NCBI GenBank assembly: GCA_030141605.1
Contig: JAQGDQ010000018.1
Location: 1,054,001 to 1,118,000 of the forward strand
DNA: 64,000 nucleotides
Reading direction: 5' to 3'
DNA from: Tubiluchus corallicola
Lineage: Eukaryota > Animalia > Priapulida
Shown here piece by piece: positions 13,771 to 28,800 of the stretch. The position numbers were made by a program, and so were the translations under genes. Position 1 is the stretch's first letter. The number at the start of each line of letters is the position of its first letter. The notes beneath the pieces are model-generated. The model saw nothing but the letters and a program-made list of their open reading frames with translations. It was not told where the DNA came from and ran no database searches.

Positions 13771-14931
13771 TTTATTGATCATAAAATTAATAAAAATTTT
13801 ACAATCTTTAACAGAGGTAGCAAAATTGAAAATTCCACAGTAAAACTTTTGTTTGAAAAACAGGTGAAAATAGTTCACGATAACAAACTTTCATTGAGTG
13901 TCAGTAAAAAAACAAATATGATAATGACTGAGCTGAGCTTACAGAATTTTACAGAATTGTAACACTTCGTTCGGGTACTTGCAAAAATTAGTGTGTTTGC
14001 ATACTCATAAGTTTTTAAAATGACATTCAATAGAAGCTTCACTTCGATAAAAATCATATTTATCATGCTTTAAGTATCCAAAGGTCAATACAATAAATCA
14101 CCAATCACTATCACATTGTAAACGTGTACAAGTAACAAAATTATTTTAAGTGAGATAGGCATCATTTAAACAAAATGTTCTTGATTTCTCTTAATAATTC
14201 ATGCACTGGTTGAATAAAGCACTTAATTAAGAACCTAATAACTACTCGCAGTAGCCTAATTTATTAATTTATTTAATGACTTCGCATTATTACTCAATTA
14301 ACACTTGATTTTAGTTTAAGATCAGCAGCTAAGATTTGCATGGAAATTTACACCGAGCAAGTAAACATGTTACTCGGTAAGCCTAGATGTTTAAGTTTTT
14401 AGTAAGCGTCCGATCCCTTGGATTTCTGGTCATCTCTGGCATGTCATTACATATTAGAATGTCTGTCACGAGGCTGTAGTGCGTCCTGTAATCCCACTCA
14501 TTATGCCGTTGACGAACTGAAAGGCAAGTGGCAGGAATAATAATTTTGCGTCATGTTTATGTATATATTATAGATGACGTACGAGAAATGAGCATACTAC
14601 AAAACCCCTGATCGAGGTGTTTAGCAAAATCTAATTCACTGTGTCTTGGGGATTCAAAGATAGTGACTAGATGAAAATAATAAAGCGGTCTTAAAAATTG
14701 AGTGGTGTAAGTACACCTAGAAAGTGCTATTTTTTAAATAATTGTGCCACTCACTGTAATGTATATGGTAAAGAGTTCTAAACGTCAAGCCCGTCAGAAT
14801 TAACTATAGTCATGTTATAATTCCATGAGACATTCAGAGAATCAAATTACCGAGTACTTACAAGTGAATGTCACAATGCTAGACAAACCTCCATCAATTA
14901 TATGCCAAAATTATAATATGAGCACGATGAT

Positions 14932-15025
14932 GAAGATTATTAGTAAGTTAGCAGTAACAGCCAGGGCTTTTTGACAGCGAAGATTATTAGTAAGTTAGCA
15001 GTAACAGCCAGGGCTTTTTGACAGC
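14932..15025. repeat. Perfect 47-bp tandem duplication
   Basis: GAAGATTATTAGTAAGTTAGCAGTAACAGCCAGGGCTTTTTGACAGC at 14932 and 14979. Confidence 0.95.
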
Positions 15026-18000
15026 GCAATATCTTACTTTAGAAGACATTGTTAAGATGCTCATATTTTATCGTCAGTGTAAATTTGGACTTCTTAAATA
15101 TTACAAACTTGTACGTAGACCTACATACAGATCAAAACAGGGTTTAACGGGTTTTTCTTGTAGTTATCTTCAAAGTTTTGTCGGTTAGTAAAAACGTTTA
15201 AGCTACAAACTTCATAATTACATGCATTAATTTTGTCTTAACTGAAACAGATGGCACTATTACTATAACGAAAAACTTATATAACGTACACCCATGACCC
15301 TGATCCAACATAGTTGAGGAAAACAATGGGTTTATAAGAGTAATAATTTATTATAATCTTTTTCATTCACTGCAGCTGAACTTGAGTATTTTGCTTAGGT
15401 TTACAAATTTTGAGGTGACAATGTTGATTATTTTAGGTTGTCTATTTGCACCTGAAATCGGCATTAGACTTTTGATGGATATGTAGTTCTGACTATTTGA
15501 CCTTAAGAATTGATTAATGTTGCCCCTGAGTTGATTAATGTTGCACATGGAATTGCAATTAAGTTTGTCAGTGAGATGCGCTTCTTTTTTTTAATCTCAC
15601 ATTACGATCTTCAGTCATGAGTCAGCTTTGGGAGTCAACAGTATTGCATAATGAGGAAGTTATATGCCTGCGTGATGGAAAGCTTTCAATTTCTCGCGCA
15701 GATATTAATATCGATGATAATAAATCATGGCAAATAGACGAAGATATTTTCTGACAGGTACAAGCAAAATATATTTGAGTGATGGGTGTTTGATGTTTGG
15801 ATCTCCCATCAGGTATGATTGATTTGACTCGAGACAGTCCTGGCACGCATCAACTACATGTTTGCTGCATGTATTATGTAGGCCTCACGGTTCCTCGGGT
15901 CAGTGTTCTGTTATTGTCAGGCAACTTTGTCAAGAATAAATAAATAAGACTGAATTTTCTGAAGTGCACACTAATACAATGAACTGTAATTGTCTTCAAT
16001 AGTTTGTACATTACTCTAAATATACTTTTTTCTACGTAGTGGCACGACAACATAAAGTCTAATCATACCAGCCACTTAGATTGCTTCAATAAAAGTAAGC
16101 TTACCAGCATACATTCTGCCGTTGGTCCTATACATTACACATTGTGAAAAGCAGATACTGCTATACAGTGATCGGAAAAACTAGGTCCACTCAAGGTATC
16201 TAAAAGCGTGTATAATTTGATTACAAACTTAAAACATGATTAGGAGAAGCAGGTCGCAGTACATGACCTCCGAGTATATACTAAGTAAATATTAGAAGTT
16301 TTTGTGAAATAGCGTATATGGTAACTGATAAGATATCCCAATGTATACAACGAAATTTAAAGGTTCCAAAGCTTTATAAATAATACCATTTAAAATTTCC
16401 AAGAAGTTCATTACCTCGGCCTGTGGCATTTTATGGATGACTATTATAAGAAATGTAGGCCTTCCTAGCCTCTACACTGAAAACTAGACAACAAACTTAC
16501 AATAGGCTTTCCAACAGACCTAACCTTCATGATGATTCACTTTGACATTGAAGGAAAGGTGGAATCAATGATCGTATGAAACAGTTTGCAATAATTTATT
16601 ATAGCTTTGGCGAGATGGCAGTGATTCAGTGTTTCGTACACACACCTCGCTGCTATTTGCTCAAAAACAAAACCATTAGGCTTGATGGATGGCTATGAAA
16701 ACCGTACAGACGATTTGTCATGCTGTCAGTATGACTGATGAGAACGACTCCTGCCGCATAGCAACCAAAGCAGACAATCCATAATGGTGAAATTTCTCGA
16801 CGGTGGCTTAACGCGCTGAAAAATGGCTTATCGCGCCTTTGAAAGGGCTAAGGCCATATAAATGTAGTAAAGAAATTTACAAAATATTTCTCATTCTGTT
16901 ATGCTTGATTCTTATAGTTACTTCATATTTGCCATCTCCTCATGCAGTTTTATGAGCAAAAAAAACTTTGGTTAACACAGGACCATAGCTATACATCCAA
17001 AACACGCTTGCATATAAATTATAAATTTATCAGTTCATGGGGAGCGTGATAGGCACTTCCATTCTTCTCCGTAGTAAACTTCGTTTTGTTAGGACGGCCA
17101 CTCAGCTCACCAGTTTATGCTGCTTCCTCTTTTCTGGATATTATATCAGCTAAGTTATACAAAAGTTGCTTACAACGTTAGAGAATGTAATATCCGCCAC
17201 GTGCGAGTCATTTGATAAAATTATTGTTAAACAAATCAACAGAAAGAAAACAAAAACAAATACAAAATACACAATGTTAAATTTATACTGGAAATTCGTT
17301 AAAATTAAATCGCACATGCAAAATTTTTGCATAATAATGGGATTATGGACACGATTTATCCATGGTTATATATATTAAAAAAGAACTCATTCACGTGAAA
17401 GCCCTAATCATTCCGATGGTCCAAATCAGAGAGAGACAACCAAGTTGCCTACAAGTAACTTTAATGCTAAATAAATGCCTCCCAATTTCATCTAAAGAGA
17501 AGAGCAGCTTGCCATACTAGCTAGTGAAATCTTAAAAAACGATAAGTGAAAACCCAGTAAACCCCAAAACGGAGAGAAAAGACTGAGCTCGAACTGTGAT
17601 CTACATTTGCACCCGTTTTCAAATCTCTGTAAACGCATATCGTTTACATAGACATACTTGTAAATGTATGTAACCACTAAATGGGCTAACTAATCCTTAT
17701 CTTAGCCTAGGCTTCAAGTTAACTAACTCACTAGAATCATATTGCATTGAAATAGTCCTGTAGACCTAGTATGATTGCATTGTTTGCAATCCTGTCCATC
17801 TGTCACTGTGACACGATGACAAATAGCTAGGCTCAGAATGTCTGGATTTAGACGCGAAATAATTGCTTTTACCCACAGCATCGCCATCAAGCGCATTTAT
17901 TACAGCTACTAAATGATATAACCCGAACCATCTGTTACCCGCAATTCTTTCATTTCCATTTAACACGATAGAAGCGTTACAAACGAGAATTTAGTATTAT

Positions 18001-18734
18001 GACGCTGAAGAAAAATAAAACATTGCTCTACACTCTCTAGACACAATTTCAACAAAGAAGCGATTCTATTCTAGTAGAGATACCAGGCAGTACAGTTTTT
18101 ATGTGTTTCGAATTGGGGCTATGTGGAACCGCTAATGGAGTTTTAGCTTATAAAGCTTCTTCTTTTTGTCAGTGAATGGCGACAAATTCTTTGCAAACTC
18201 ATGCCACCAATGCCACGAAAAACTGCCAACCTACTGAAATTAGATAATGCACGAGACTTAAATTTGCAGATATTGCGGTCTTAAGCCTTCCTTTAGCAAC
18301 TCGAGGAATCTTGTTAGTAACCAAACAGTCAGCCAGTGAGTCAGTCAATCAATCAGTCAGCTAGGCGATTTGTTTCATTTCTTTCGCCATCGAGGAAGAT
18401 TGAGGAGCTCCCTCTGTCAGTAATCAATTAATGAGTCGGTTAGTCAATCAATCATTGATCAGTGTCTATATGAAACCGAAAATAATTTTGCAAGTTTCTG
18501 TGTCATCATTTCACAAAAATTTAGAAACACATTTTTGCGTAGCGATTTACATTAAACAAAGAAACCCTAGGAAATTTAATTACTTTTTAAGACAGATTCC
18601 ACCGCGTTTATTATTCAGGATAATAAATGATAACAAGGAACACCGGTTATTATTCAACAGTAAGTATGCTGTAGGTCTAAAATGTGGGACTGAGACCAGC
18701 AATCTTATAACACACTGTACTGTAATGACAAGCT

Positions 18735-19108
18735 TAGGTCGACTGTGATGCAATGCAACTCTCATTAACTGACGGAAAACTGTGGTATCGCGCGCAGGTC
18801 GACTGTGACTGATTTCCAGCAACTGTATGCAACAAGGAAAATACGAGTTCCTCCGAGTCGCAACACTGCTCAGGTCGACGACGACTGAGCGTACGAAAAT
18901 ATCTCTGACCAAACCATAATAATCGGGGGAAAATTTTCAAGTTGCTGAGATAGAATGGAACTGGGTGGATACCATACGCCGCGAGAACAAGAGCAACTAG
19001 CTGGAACCGAGTTGCGTTGAGTCGAGTGTTGAATGGTATACTCGGTGATAGTGACGTACCGTATGCCACCAGTTGCGTTGCGTCGCAAGGTCGATCTCAG
19101 CCTGCCTT
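18735..19108. mobile_element. MITE with imperfect TIRs
   Basis: Left GGTCGACTGTGATGCAATGCAACT versus reverse complement of right GATCGACCTTGCGACGCAACGCAACT; GC-richer than flanks; internal AGGTCGAC repeats. Confidence 0.55.
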
Positions 19109-20099
19109 AAGACAACATTCCCTGTCACTATAAATGGAGATGAAGCATCACCTTCACTTTAGGGAAAAACGACCAATTTCTGATGGAAAGCAGGTGTGTG
19201 TCAGCGTTCAATTTTTCACTTAAAAGTGACTGCAGCTGATTTTCGTTGAAATTTACAGTCATTTATCTTAATTATACTACCGTCTTATACGAACTTGAAA
19301 GCACGATTAAGGCATTGTGAGCAGCTAGAAAGGTATTGTGGCGGCCGTAGAAACAATCACGTACAGTCAGACATCATTGTTTCATAATTTACAATCAATC
19401 GAAAATACTTAAATGGTTCAAAGAAGCCTAAAATGAGTAGAAGAGCTTCATAGTTACATATCGTTAAAATATTCAAGTTTATTTTTAAAAATGTCCTTGG
19501 CGTAGGAAATTTGGCATTGACCATAAAAACTCATTAACAAGTGTTTGCAAAGTTAGCTCTGAAAAACATGCTGCACAGGTTTTAATGCCAGTTTATTAAT
19601 TTCATTCAGTAACTTCGATGGCTTATATTAATAATTAAAGTAATGCACATACATTCCTAAATAGTGCATATTTAATTAGTTAAGTATTAATTAATGAATT
19701 AATTAAATCAAATGGATTAAGTGAGCAAGAATTTTTGCACAGCAAGAAAATTGCACCTGTTTTAGAACAATAATCCCAGTTTCAGGTGCATATAAATTGC
19801 ATTTTATCTGTGCTACGCAAAACTAAACTAAAATGCAGGATTAATGGTACAGTAGCTGTATTTACAAAAACGTATAATCAATTACAACAAATATGCACAG
19901 TCACACAGTAAATAATCAAAACTACTAACCAGATAAACACATGTTGCCTTAATGTTACCTACGTAATCTTGTTACCACAGCTTTTGTTCTACCAACCAAT
20001 TAATTTGGTAGTAATTCAGCATTAAAAGCAGAGCAAGCTCGAACACTTAAATAAACAGAAAACTATCTTAACTTGACAATCTAACATGGCATAATCTCC

Positions 20100-22831
20100 C
20101 TATGCCTGAGAATTGTCAACAGTAACAGAAGCTATGTCATTTTGTGAAACTTCTGCCTGTATAATAGATCCAGTTTCGTCTACATACTGAATAATATAAG
20201 AACCTGTTTCATTATCGGTTATCATCAAGTCTTGGTCAGACTCCTGCACGATTATTGTTCCTGGCTCCATAGCATCGATCACCATGTCAGTTTCATCATT
20301 TTCAACCTTGGGTGCTCGGAGATTTACTCGATTGACGATTTGTTGCAGAAGATTAACAGTTGGTGTTGAGGCTGAACTGTCAATTGTTTGAACAAACTGG
20401 ATATTATGGCCTTGGTTTCCGATGGCAGCATCTTCAGAAGTGGCGGAGTTCTGCTCTTCTAGAACATGTTCTGGGACCTCAACAACCTGCATGACATTGT
20501 CGCTAGAATCAACAGCTTCTTCAGTGACCTGCACTTCCTCGACCCAAGAGCCATGATGACGCGAGTTTATGTGCCGTTTCAAATCAGATAGGTTGCAGAA
20601 CAAATAGTTACATGTGGAGCATTTATAAATATCAACATCGGGCGGAAGAGTATTGTTAAATGTAGGTTGTGTGTAAGTCAAACCTTTGTGCATGCGAGTG
20701 TAATGAACCTTCATGGTAGCCATAGTGTTTGTGGTGTAATCACACTCATTGCACTTAATACGACGAATGCCACTGTGTGTTTCCATGTGTCGCTTCAAAT
20801 GGCTCTTCTGTGAGCCAGCATAATCACATCGATCACATTTAAACATTTTACCATGCTCATGTGTTTTCGTATGCCAGTAAAGAGCACCAGCAGATTTATA
20901 CTTCTTGCCGCAATCTTCGCAGAGTAGAGTCTTTTCTTTGGTGTGCTTCATTTGGTGAACCTTGAGGTTATTGGAGCTTCGGCATTGATATGGACATTTT
21001 GAACAACGGAATGGCTTAATACCTTCATGCAGCCATATATGCTTCGTCAAATCTTTTTTGTTGACAAATGTCTTATCACAGTATGTACAGGCATGAGTTC
21101 TCCGTCCCAATTTACCATGTTCATGAACCTTCATGCCAAGCAGGAGTTGTTTTTCATTTATATCCATAAGCGGGTGGATTTTCTTTATATGAGCTCGCAG
21201 CACTTTCAGACTAGTAAAGTGCTTACCACAAGACGTACAGTTTTTGTCTATAGGATCAAGGTGCACATCACGCTTATGGTGCCATAGCAACATTCTGGTC
21301 CTTCCTTGAAACTCACATTTGTCACATGAAAACACTTTATTTTCATGCACAGTTTCTGTATGTCTACGTAAATTCTCTTTGTTCAAAGCTGAATATTCGC
21401 AGTTCCTATAGTGACATTCGAATGTCTGCTGCCTGGTATGAACATTAACATGTTCGTTATAATCAAGCGGCCGATGAAACCTTCGTCCACAGTATTCACA
21501 CTCTAGTTCTCCAAACGTGACCTGCAGTTGATTAAATATGTTCAGACTCAGTGCCTTGTACTGGCACTCACTAAATATGGTATCTAGTGCCAGCAAATCA
21601 TTCGTTATATTAGCTTCCTCGACATTCTGATCAGAAGTTGTATTTTTTATTGGCATATATACTCCACCAGCTCCAACTTGAACAATGGCAACAGTGCCAT
21701 CCCTCTCTGGCAGGTATAAACTACAATTGATACTATTAGAAAGCAGTTCTTGCAAAACCTGCTCATCAGAATCATGTTCAGTTAAGTGGCTCATTAGTCT
21801 AGTTGCACTGACTAACTTCGTGCCACATTTGCAGCATACATAAATAACTCGGTGTTTGCTGTGATAATGCTTTATTAGTTGGTCACGTCTCGGTGCCACA
21901 TGATTGCACAGTTCACATACCTCACTACGCTTTGTTTTTACACTATGCCTGCTAAGATGGCGCTCAACATCAGCTCGGCTCTTAAATTTACGCTTACAGA
22001 CTTCGCACTGATGGAAAACAAACACTCCACCTTTCACATTTTTTGCTCTGAATGAACTTAAAAGATCTCTGCCCTTTCTAGTGTTATGTGCTCGAAGTAT
22101 ATGGCTTCGTAAAGATTTTGCAGTCGTACATTTAGCATGGCATATTTCACAGTCAATGTTACCAGGCTGATGAGTAGCAATATGGTCCATCATATGGGCT
22201 TTAGATGAAGCTTTGGCACCGCAAGCGGCACACTTTATAAAATTTCCTGTGTGTTTTCGCATGTGTGTATATAAATTGCCTCTGAAATTTGTTGCATAAT
22301 CACACTTAGAACATTTGAAAGGACACTGCTTGTCTAGATGCCTAACACAGTGTATTCTAACTGAATTTTTGGCACTGAATATTTTCTTACAAACATTGCA
22401 GCTATAAACAAACAAATCCTTATATCGCTCAGCTGCTTTACCATGTTCATTTACATTTTGTTCAAACTTGTGAGATGAATATAGTTTATCAACGTTATCA
22501 TAATTTATCTTCCCAAAACACTCTTTTTCAAAAGCCTCCCTTTCTTCTTCCGTGTCAAAAACGGGAACGTCAAAATTTGTTTTCGCTGCAATTGCAGCCT
22601 CGTCTAGAGTGAAGTCTCTGTCAGGAAAGTTCACATTTGACTCATTAGCTTCAGCATCATTACTGCCAACAGCTTTCACTTCCAGATCATCTTCCCCAAC
22701 GTGACTGCTTTCTTCATTGCTGTTCTCTACATTTACTTTAAACACAGTGACAGCACTTCCAGTTGCACCTTCTTTACCTTCAATAGCACTCCTTGATGTA
22801 TGAATAGAAACAGACACTTTTGGAGATTTGC
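20100..22831 (-). CDS. ZFAT: ZFAT terminal exon (17 C2H2 fingers)
   Basis: 912-aa ORF; acceptor TTTCTTTGTCAG ending at 22832; TAG stop at 20102-20100. Confidence 0.95.
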
Positions 22832-25800
22832 CTGACAAAGAAAAAATAGCAAACTAAATGAATAAAATAAAACTATGTACTCAACCACGTGTATAAACAG
22901 ACACCAAAATTATCCTTGAAAGAGTTTAAAGAATGACACAAAAGTTAAAATAAACTATTTACGTAAAACAAAAATACTTTGTACTTTTTTAGGGTTATTA
23001 TAGGCATCTAGGTAACCAGAACCGGAACTCCGAGTCTCGGACCAAAACCGGGCTGGAACATGCAAAAAATTGTTTCGAGATATTAATAAACCACTAGTTT
23101 CGGTACTGGAACCGAGTCCGGTTCTGGCCCCGTAACAACCCCAACTTTTTTCTTTAATTAAAAGCCAGAATCCAGTCTTTAATAGTGTAGCTTACTACAA
23201 ATGTTCATCGTTTTTGGTGGGATTTGAATCTAATAATCATCAAGGATAGTCCTCTGGAATAAGGCACTAAACTACTTTACCCATGTTTGGATGTATATAC
23301 ATAGTCTTTTAGGTGTCCAAGAGTTTTTCTGTCAACAATTGCAAAGCAGATAAAAAGGGTTGATAAAAATTCATATTTAATTTGCCATGTTAACCAAATA
23401 TTGTTAAAAATCTTCGTTAAAACATTTTTACTATTTTTAATGTCTGCTAGACAATTTTTTTTTAAATGTTGCTGTGTTTAATGCGTTTAAACAATCAGTT
23501 ATCAGTTTAAATTCCTGTATCCTTAACTTATGTATGTGTATGTGTGACTTTTCAGTCAATATTTTCTTTTGAGACACGCAACTGCACTCTTTATATATAG
23601 TAAACAAAATATAATAAAATATAAAAAATATAGCAAAAAATAATAAAAGTTAGACACTTTACTTTTTTCAGACATGTATTCAGCTATTCTTTCTAGGTCT
23701 TCATTCCAAGGTAGGTCGTCACATTCTACAAAAAATATTAAATTCTTTGACTATAATAGATAAAATGTATGGCAGTTTGGCAATAAAAATATTACACTTT
23801 GACATAATTAAAAATATTATAGTTAAAGGAAAAACCACCCCTAACCAACATTCATTGTATTTCCATATACAATTACAAATTTTGAAATTATCATGCAATA
23901 TATGCACACAAAATTTGCATATATTTGTTGCTTAAAAGTGCACAAGAAATTCAAGTCGTTCTTAACCCCTGCCAAATGAACTTTGCCATGGGCATATATG
24001 AAAAAATCATGTAAGCTGATGGACAGATGAAGGCACGTGTAAGAAAGCTTCTGCAGTTCACTCAGAAGTTCAGTTACTGAAGCTATTCTAGCTGTTTAAA
24101 TCTTTGTGTTTAATTGTGTTTATGTAAAAATTAGTCATCTGATCAACTAGAAACAATTTCAGAGTCCTTACATACCTTTAAATCACAGAATTTTACCAAA
24201 AAATGCATATGTACTAACCATAGATCGTCTTTTGACTTTCAGTTAAGCATGCAGTTCTGTGAGCATATAACAGGTGCTAGACATGTACCTCAGTTTATAC
24301 ATTTTAGTTTTAGCACAATGAAATATATACAGTAGGCGCCGTTTATTAGACTTAGGATTGATAGAATCAGTTGCTTAACTGACTTAAAAATGCGCTACGC
24401 GCCACTCCTATTCAAATACATATAAAAACCGCCAGTAACTGATACATACGTTTATGACATGCGCTATTAAAGAGGCTTTGCTTTAAATCTGTAACCCATC
24501 GGCTGCAGTTATTGTTGTGGGTTTCTTGAAGCTAAACATGTAGTTACTTGCCCAGGGGTTTGTTTTTGAAGCTCCCACTGCTTTTCACAGGGGCAACAAG
24601 GTCATCGTCAACTGTAGCCAACTAGGTGACTAGGAGTTTGCGTGAACGTGTACAGCATACAGCAACAGAATTTCAATATTTTTATCAGTATGAAAATTTC
24701 ATAAACCAACTTCTTGCAACCGATATGGCACCAATTATTGTAATAATCATATTTGAAAGATTTTTTTCTTTTCTTTTTTATTAATTACTTATATAAATTA
24801 GTACTCTTAAATAATAACTGCACATAGGAATTTTGAATTCGTTTCTAACATTTACTTAAAGCCTCTGCAATGCATACCAAGGTGATGACTAATACTCTTA
24901 TAATAGTAATATGCTACAACTGTCAGCCAATTGACTCAGTCAGTTAATTGGGTCAAAATACTTCCATCCCAAAGCGAGTCTATTAAGTGGCGCCTACTGT
25001 ATTTCGTTACCTCGCCATAGTCTGCTTTTCCTTTAACCACACTTAAATGTTATTTTTCCCTTGTAATGTTTTTACTTTTTTCAAAACTGCACATATGATC
25101 AGGAAAAAGGGTAAGTGAAAAGAAACCTCCAAAACTGGGAAAATTTAACAATTCGCTTGCATTTTTGCAGCGAAAAACAATGCACTAGCAATATGATACA
25201 GATTTTTGAAGAGATGTTAATGTCTACAACACTATATTAGCAGCAGCTTATACTCAGGAGCTAGAGCTGTATTTGAAAGGCAAGCACTGCCTCATTTTTA
25301 ATCAGTAGACACAGCAGTAGTACTATACTTGTGCATTACAATTGTGCTTTCGGTTACGTGGGTGGTATACATAGGTTCAGGATGAAGACTTTTACTAAAC
25401 TAATCTGGAATAAAGTTGTACTGGGAAACTGTGTCAAAAAACGACAAGAAGTTAGAGCTAGTTTCAATTCTTGAGGTTTGGATGTATGTGGTTTACATAC
25501 AAATATGAGTTGAAACCTAAACTTTCTCTTTAGTAAGTGACTAAGTCAGTGGTGTGCCACCGGTGTGATGGTACGCACTTTTGCAAATGAGAAAAAGTGT
25601 GGTGCAAATGAGAATAGGAATACAGAACACAGCACAGGCCAAGCATGCGATAAAGTACAACTTCATCACTTCATGTGATATATCCTACTCCCACTTCCTA
25701 CTATCTATCCCTATCAATCTCTCTGTGGCTGCACTAGTTTGAGAAGTGTGTGCTGAACCGGTCAAATCGTCTTCCCTAGGTCTCGCAGCTCAGGAAGGTA

Positions 25801-28800
25801 CTTAATTATCATAATTAAGCAATCAACAAATAAAATTTGATACGCAAGGCTAAAGGTTCACACGCTGGCATGCGCGCATAAAAACACTCTTGTAATAATT
25901 GAGAAAGGCAGTCTGCTGAAACAGATAGTGGAAGTCAAAGCAACAATATTTCAGACAGAATTCTGAAATATATATAAAAAAACAAGGTCAGCTTACTTTG
26001 AACATCGCATAAGGTACATAAAACCTGTACCTCTATCAATACCAGTATTCTCTATCCCTCCCTTTGTTTCTCTTGTTTGTGTTTTAAGAGAACTCCCTTA
26101 TGAAACAATTTAGCTTATGTGGCAGTGTTATTCACATAATAAAAACCTGTGAAGCTCTTTAATCAGTGACTACAAAATTCTAAATTTAATTAAGGAAAGC
26201 CTGTTTTGCAAACAAACGAGTTGCATTCCAGAAGAGTCAAATTTTTTCTGCTTGAGATTAGCATTCATTTTTGCATCACCTGAGCTTCAATTTTATGAGC
26301 TAGTTCTTCAATGGCTTCACTACTTGACTTCAAGCCATAATATATAACTTGCTACAGAGTTTATCTTTCTCCGACTTATAATTCTCCGCTTTAGCATTTT
26401 ATCAAAAAGACAGTCATAGAAATAAGACAATTTCCATGTGTCACATGCGTACATAAGCTGTACTATTATTTTGTTGACTAGTATTCTGAATGGTTTACAC
26501 CTCCACTGACGGATTAGCAGGGAATACATTCATTGTACTGACAAAGTTTCTGCGTGTCCAAGATAATCAAAGCAAATACAGTGGGTTATTCGCAAATTGT
26601 TCTCTAAAATACACCAAATTTAGTGATATATGGAGCTAAAAATATGGAGTTTTGTAATTCTTTTAAGCATTAAGATATATAGGAACAATTCTGAATTACA
26701 TCGAACTGCATAATAAAAATACATAATGCTACAACAGAAAGCCACTTTGCAAACAATTATGATTGTGCTTGCTGCCATCCATTATTTGGAGTGATGCGAA
26801 TGAGATTTTGCAACACCATCAGAGTGCGAATGGGGCTGAAACGAGTTGTGCACTACTGGACTACGTGCTTATTAAGCTTAGACAAATTAAACAATTTAAT
26901 ATTTCCAGTAGTTCTGTTACCAGTACCGATTTAATCGGTAAAACAAACAGATTGTAGGCAAACTAGCTCCTAGATTTAGTATTACCAATGAACAGAAAAG
27001 TATTGTTTGCTAAGAGACTATGTTGCTAAGAACATATTATGTTTCTAAAGTTATTATTATCACAGGGGAAACAAACCGGACATCTCCAGGAAAAGTTCTT
27101 CCGTTGTCTGTGGTGCTTGTTCTTTCTTTAAAGCGGAAAGATCGTGTTCGTAGGTATTGTCAGCAGCCAGGCACTTATGACGAGAAAGTTGTCTTGCACG
27201 GCTGAAGCTCTTTCCACATTCTTTGCACTGTGCAGGGATCTGGTCATTTTCAATGGAGTCGGATGGCTTCACAAGCTTCTCAGAAAGAGGATGAAGTTCA
27301 GCTGTAGACACTGTCAGACAAAAAATAAATGTGTAATTAGTTAATAAATTTAATTAGTTAACATTATATTGCCAAAATGGGAGTGAATTTGGCCACGGAA
27401 ATGGCCAAGACGCATAAATGCGAGATGATTGCAGCTACTTAATTTAGATTTAATAGCTTCACTGAAAAACATTATTTATCGAAAAGAAGTTGAATTTTAA
27501 CTCAGGAAATTGCTAGTAGGTGGCTGCAGCCATATTGACATTCAGTTTAATACACAGATCGCAAGTGGTGGTTAGCCTCGCTCACCTTGATGTAACACAC
27601 ATTCTCACAAACACTTGCTGGCTGCAAGTCGCCACAGATTACAAACATACGTTAAAAAAAACACGGATAGCTCTTGTGTTGCCATAAAATTCAAATTCAA
27701 TTTATTTGCCAGTCTCTAGTCTAAAAATCAGTAGAAAAGAAAAAAGTTTCAAAACTGGCAGAAAGACAAGTTTATAAATAATGCATCTCTTACTGTAATC
27801 ATTATTTCTTTGCTACAGTAATTTTTTTTTGAAAAATTAGTAACATTTGAGATTTGTTTCAAATGACTAGATTGTTTATTACTATAATAATAATAATTAT
27901 TATTATTAATATTACCGTTATTATTACATTATATACAGTACTGGTATTTTTTGGTTGCACATAACAGTTTAATTTATTATCAGTAGATAAAAAAAACTAA
28001 AATGTTTAAAACATCAGCTAGTCTTTTATTTCCCAAGTTATTTTGGTAATTTTTTGTGAGTTATCAGTAGCACTAGATATTTGTTTGAATAGAGCAGATT
28101 GTTTAAGTAACATCATTTATTACTATTTAATAGCAGTGATTTTTGGTTGTTACATAATTAGTGGTTTAATTTTCTGCAATGTGAACACGAAAGTTGAATA
28201 AATTATATAAAAATTTCAAGTAAGTTAGCCGAGCTAGACTTTGTGACTATTAATAATTACAAAACGTACAGACTATATCGACTAGTGTTTGTTCATACAT
28301 GCAGTCATATGCAACGAATGAAATTTTATGTTATGCTTTACAGTATCTGAAATACTCATTCCAGTGATTAAGTATTGATATACCATGTTACATTTCTACG
28401 TGTATCCAGCACTAACAATAAAACATTAGGAAACTTTGAGGAGACAGTAGAATTTTTATTGATTTTCAATGGGGTGAGCTGATCATGTGGCTCGTGCATG
28501 CTTTGATCCATCAGTGACACTTGTCTAATTTTTTTTTTGGATTGAGGAAACTGGGTATCCAACATCCACATTACATATGTTCCCAAGCACAATGCTTCAC
28601 CATTCTATTTTCTCTTTCACAGCAATTTAATGAATTCAATAAGTAAAAGCAATCATGAACACACGCTTTCTCTGTATGTTATTATGCACTTCGCGTGCAA
28701 ATACCCCTGCACTTGTGAGCAAATGTCCAGGCGCCAATAACAGAAAAGGAGTTAAAGCCAAAATATGGTAAGGGTAAATTGTAAGCAAGTCGCTTCTAAT

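Noticed and set aside
22832-22838. ORF-track start of the 912-aa zinc-finger ORF
   Set aside because: Non-ATG codon inside the splice acceptor; the true start is inferred at 32189.
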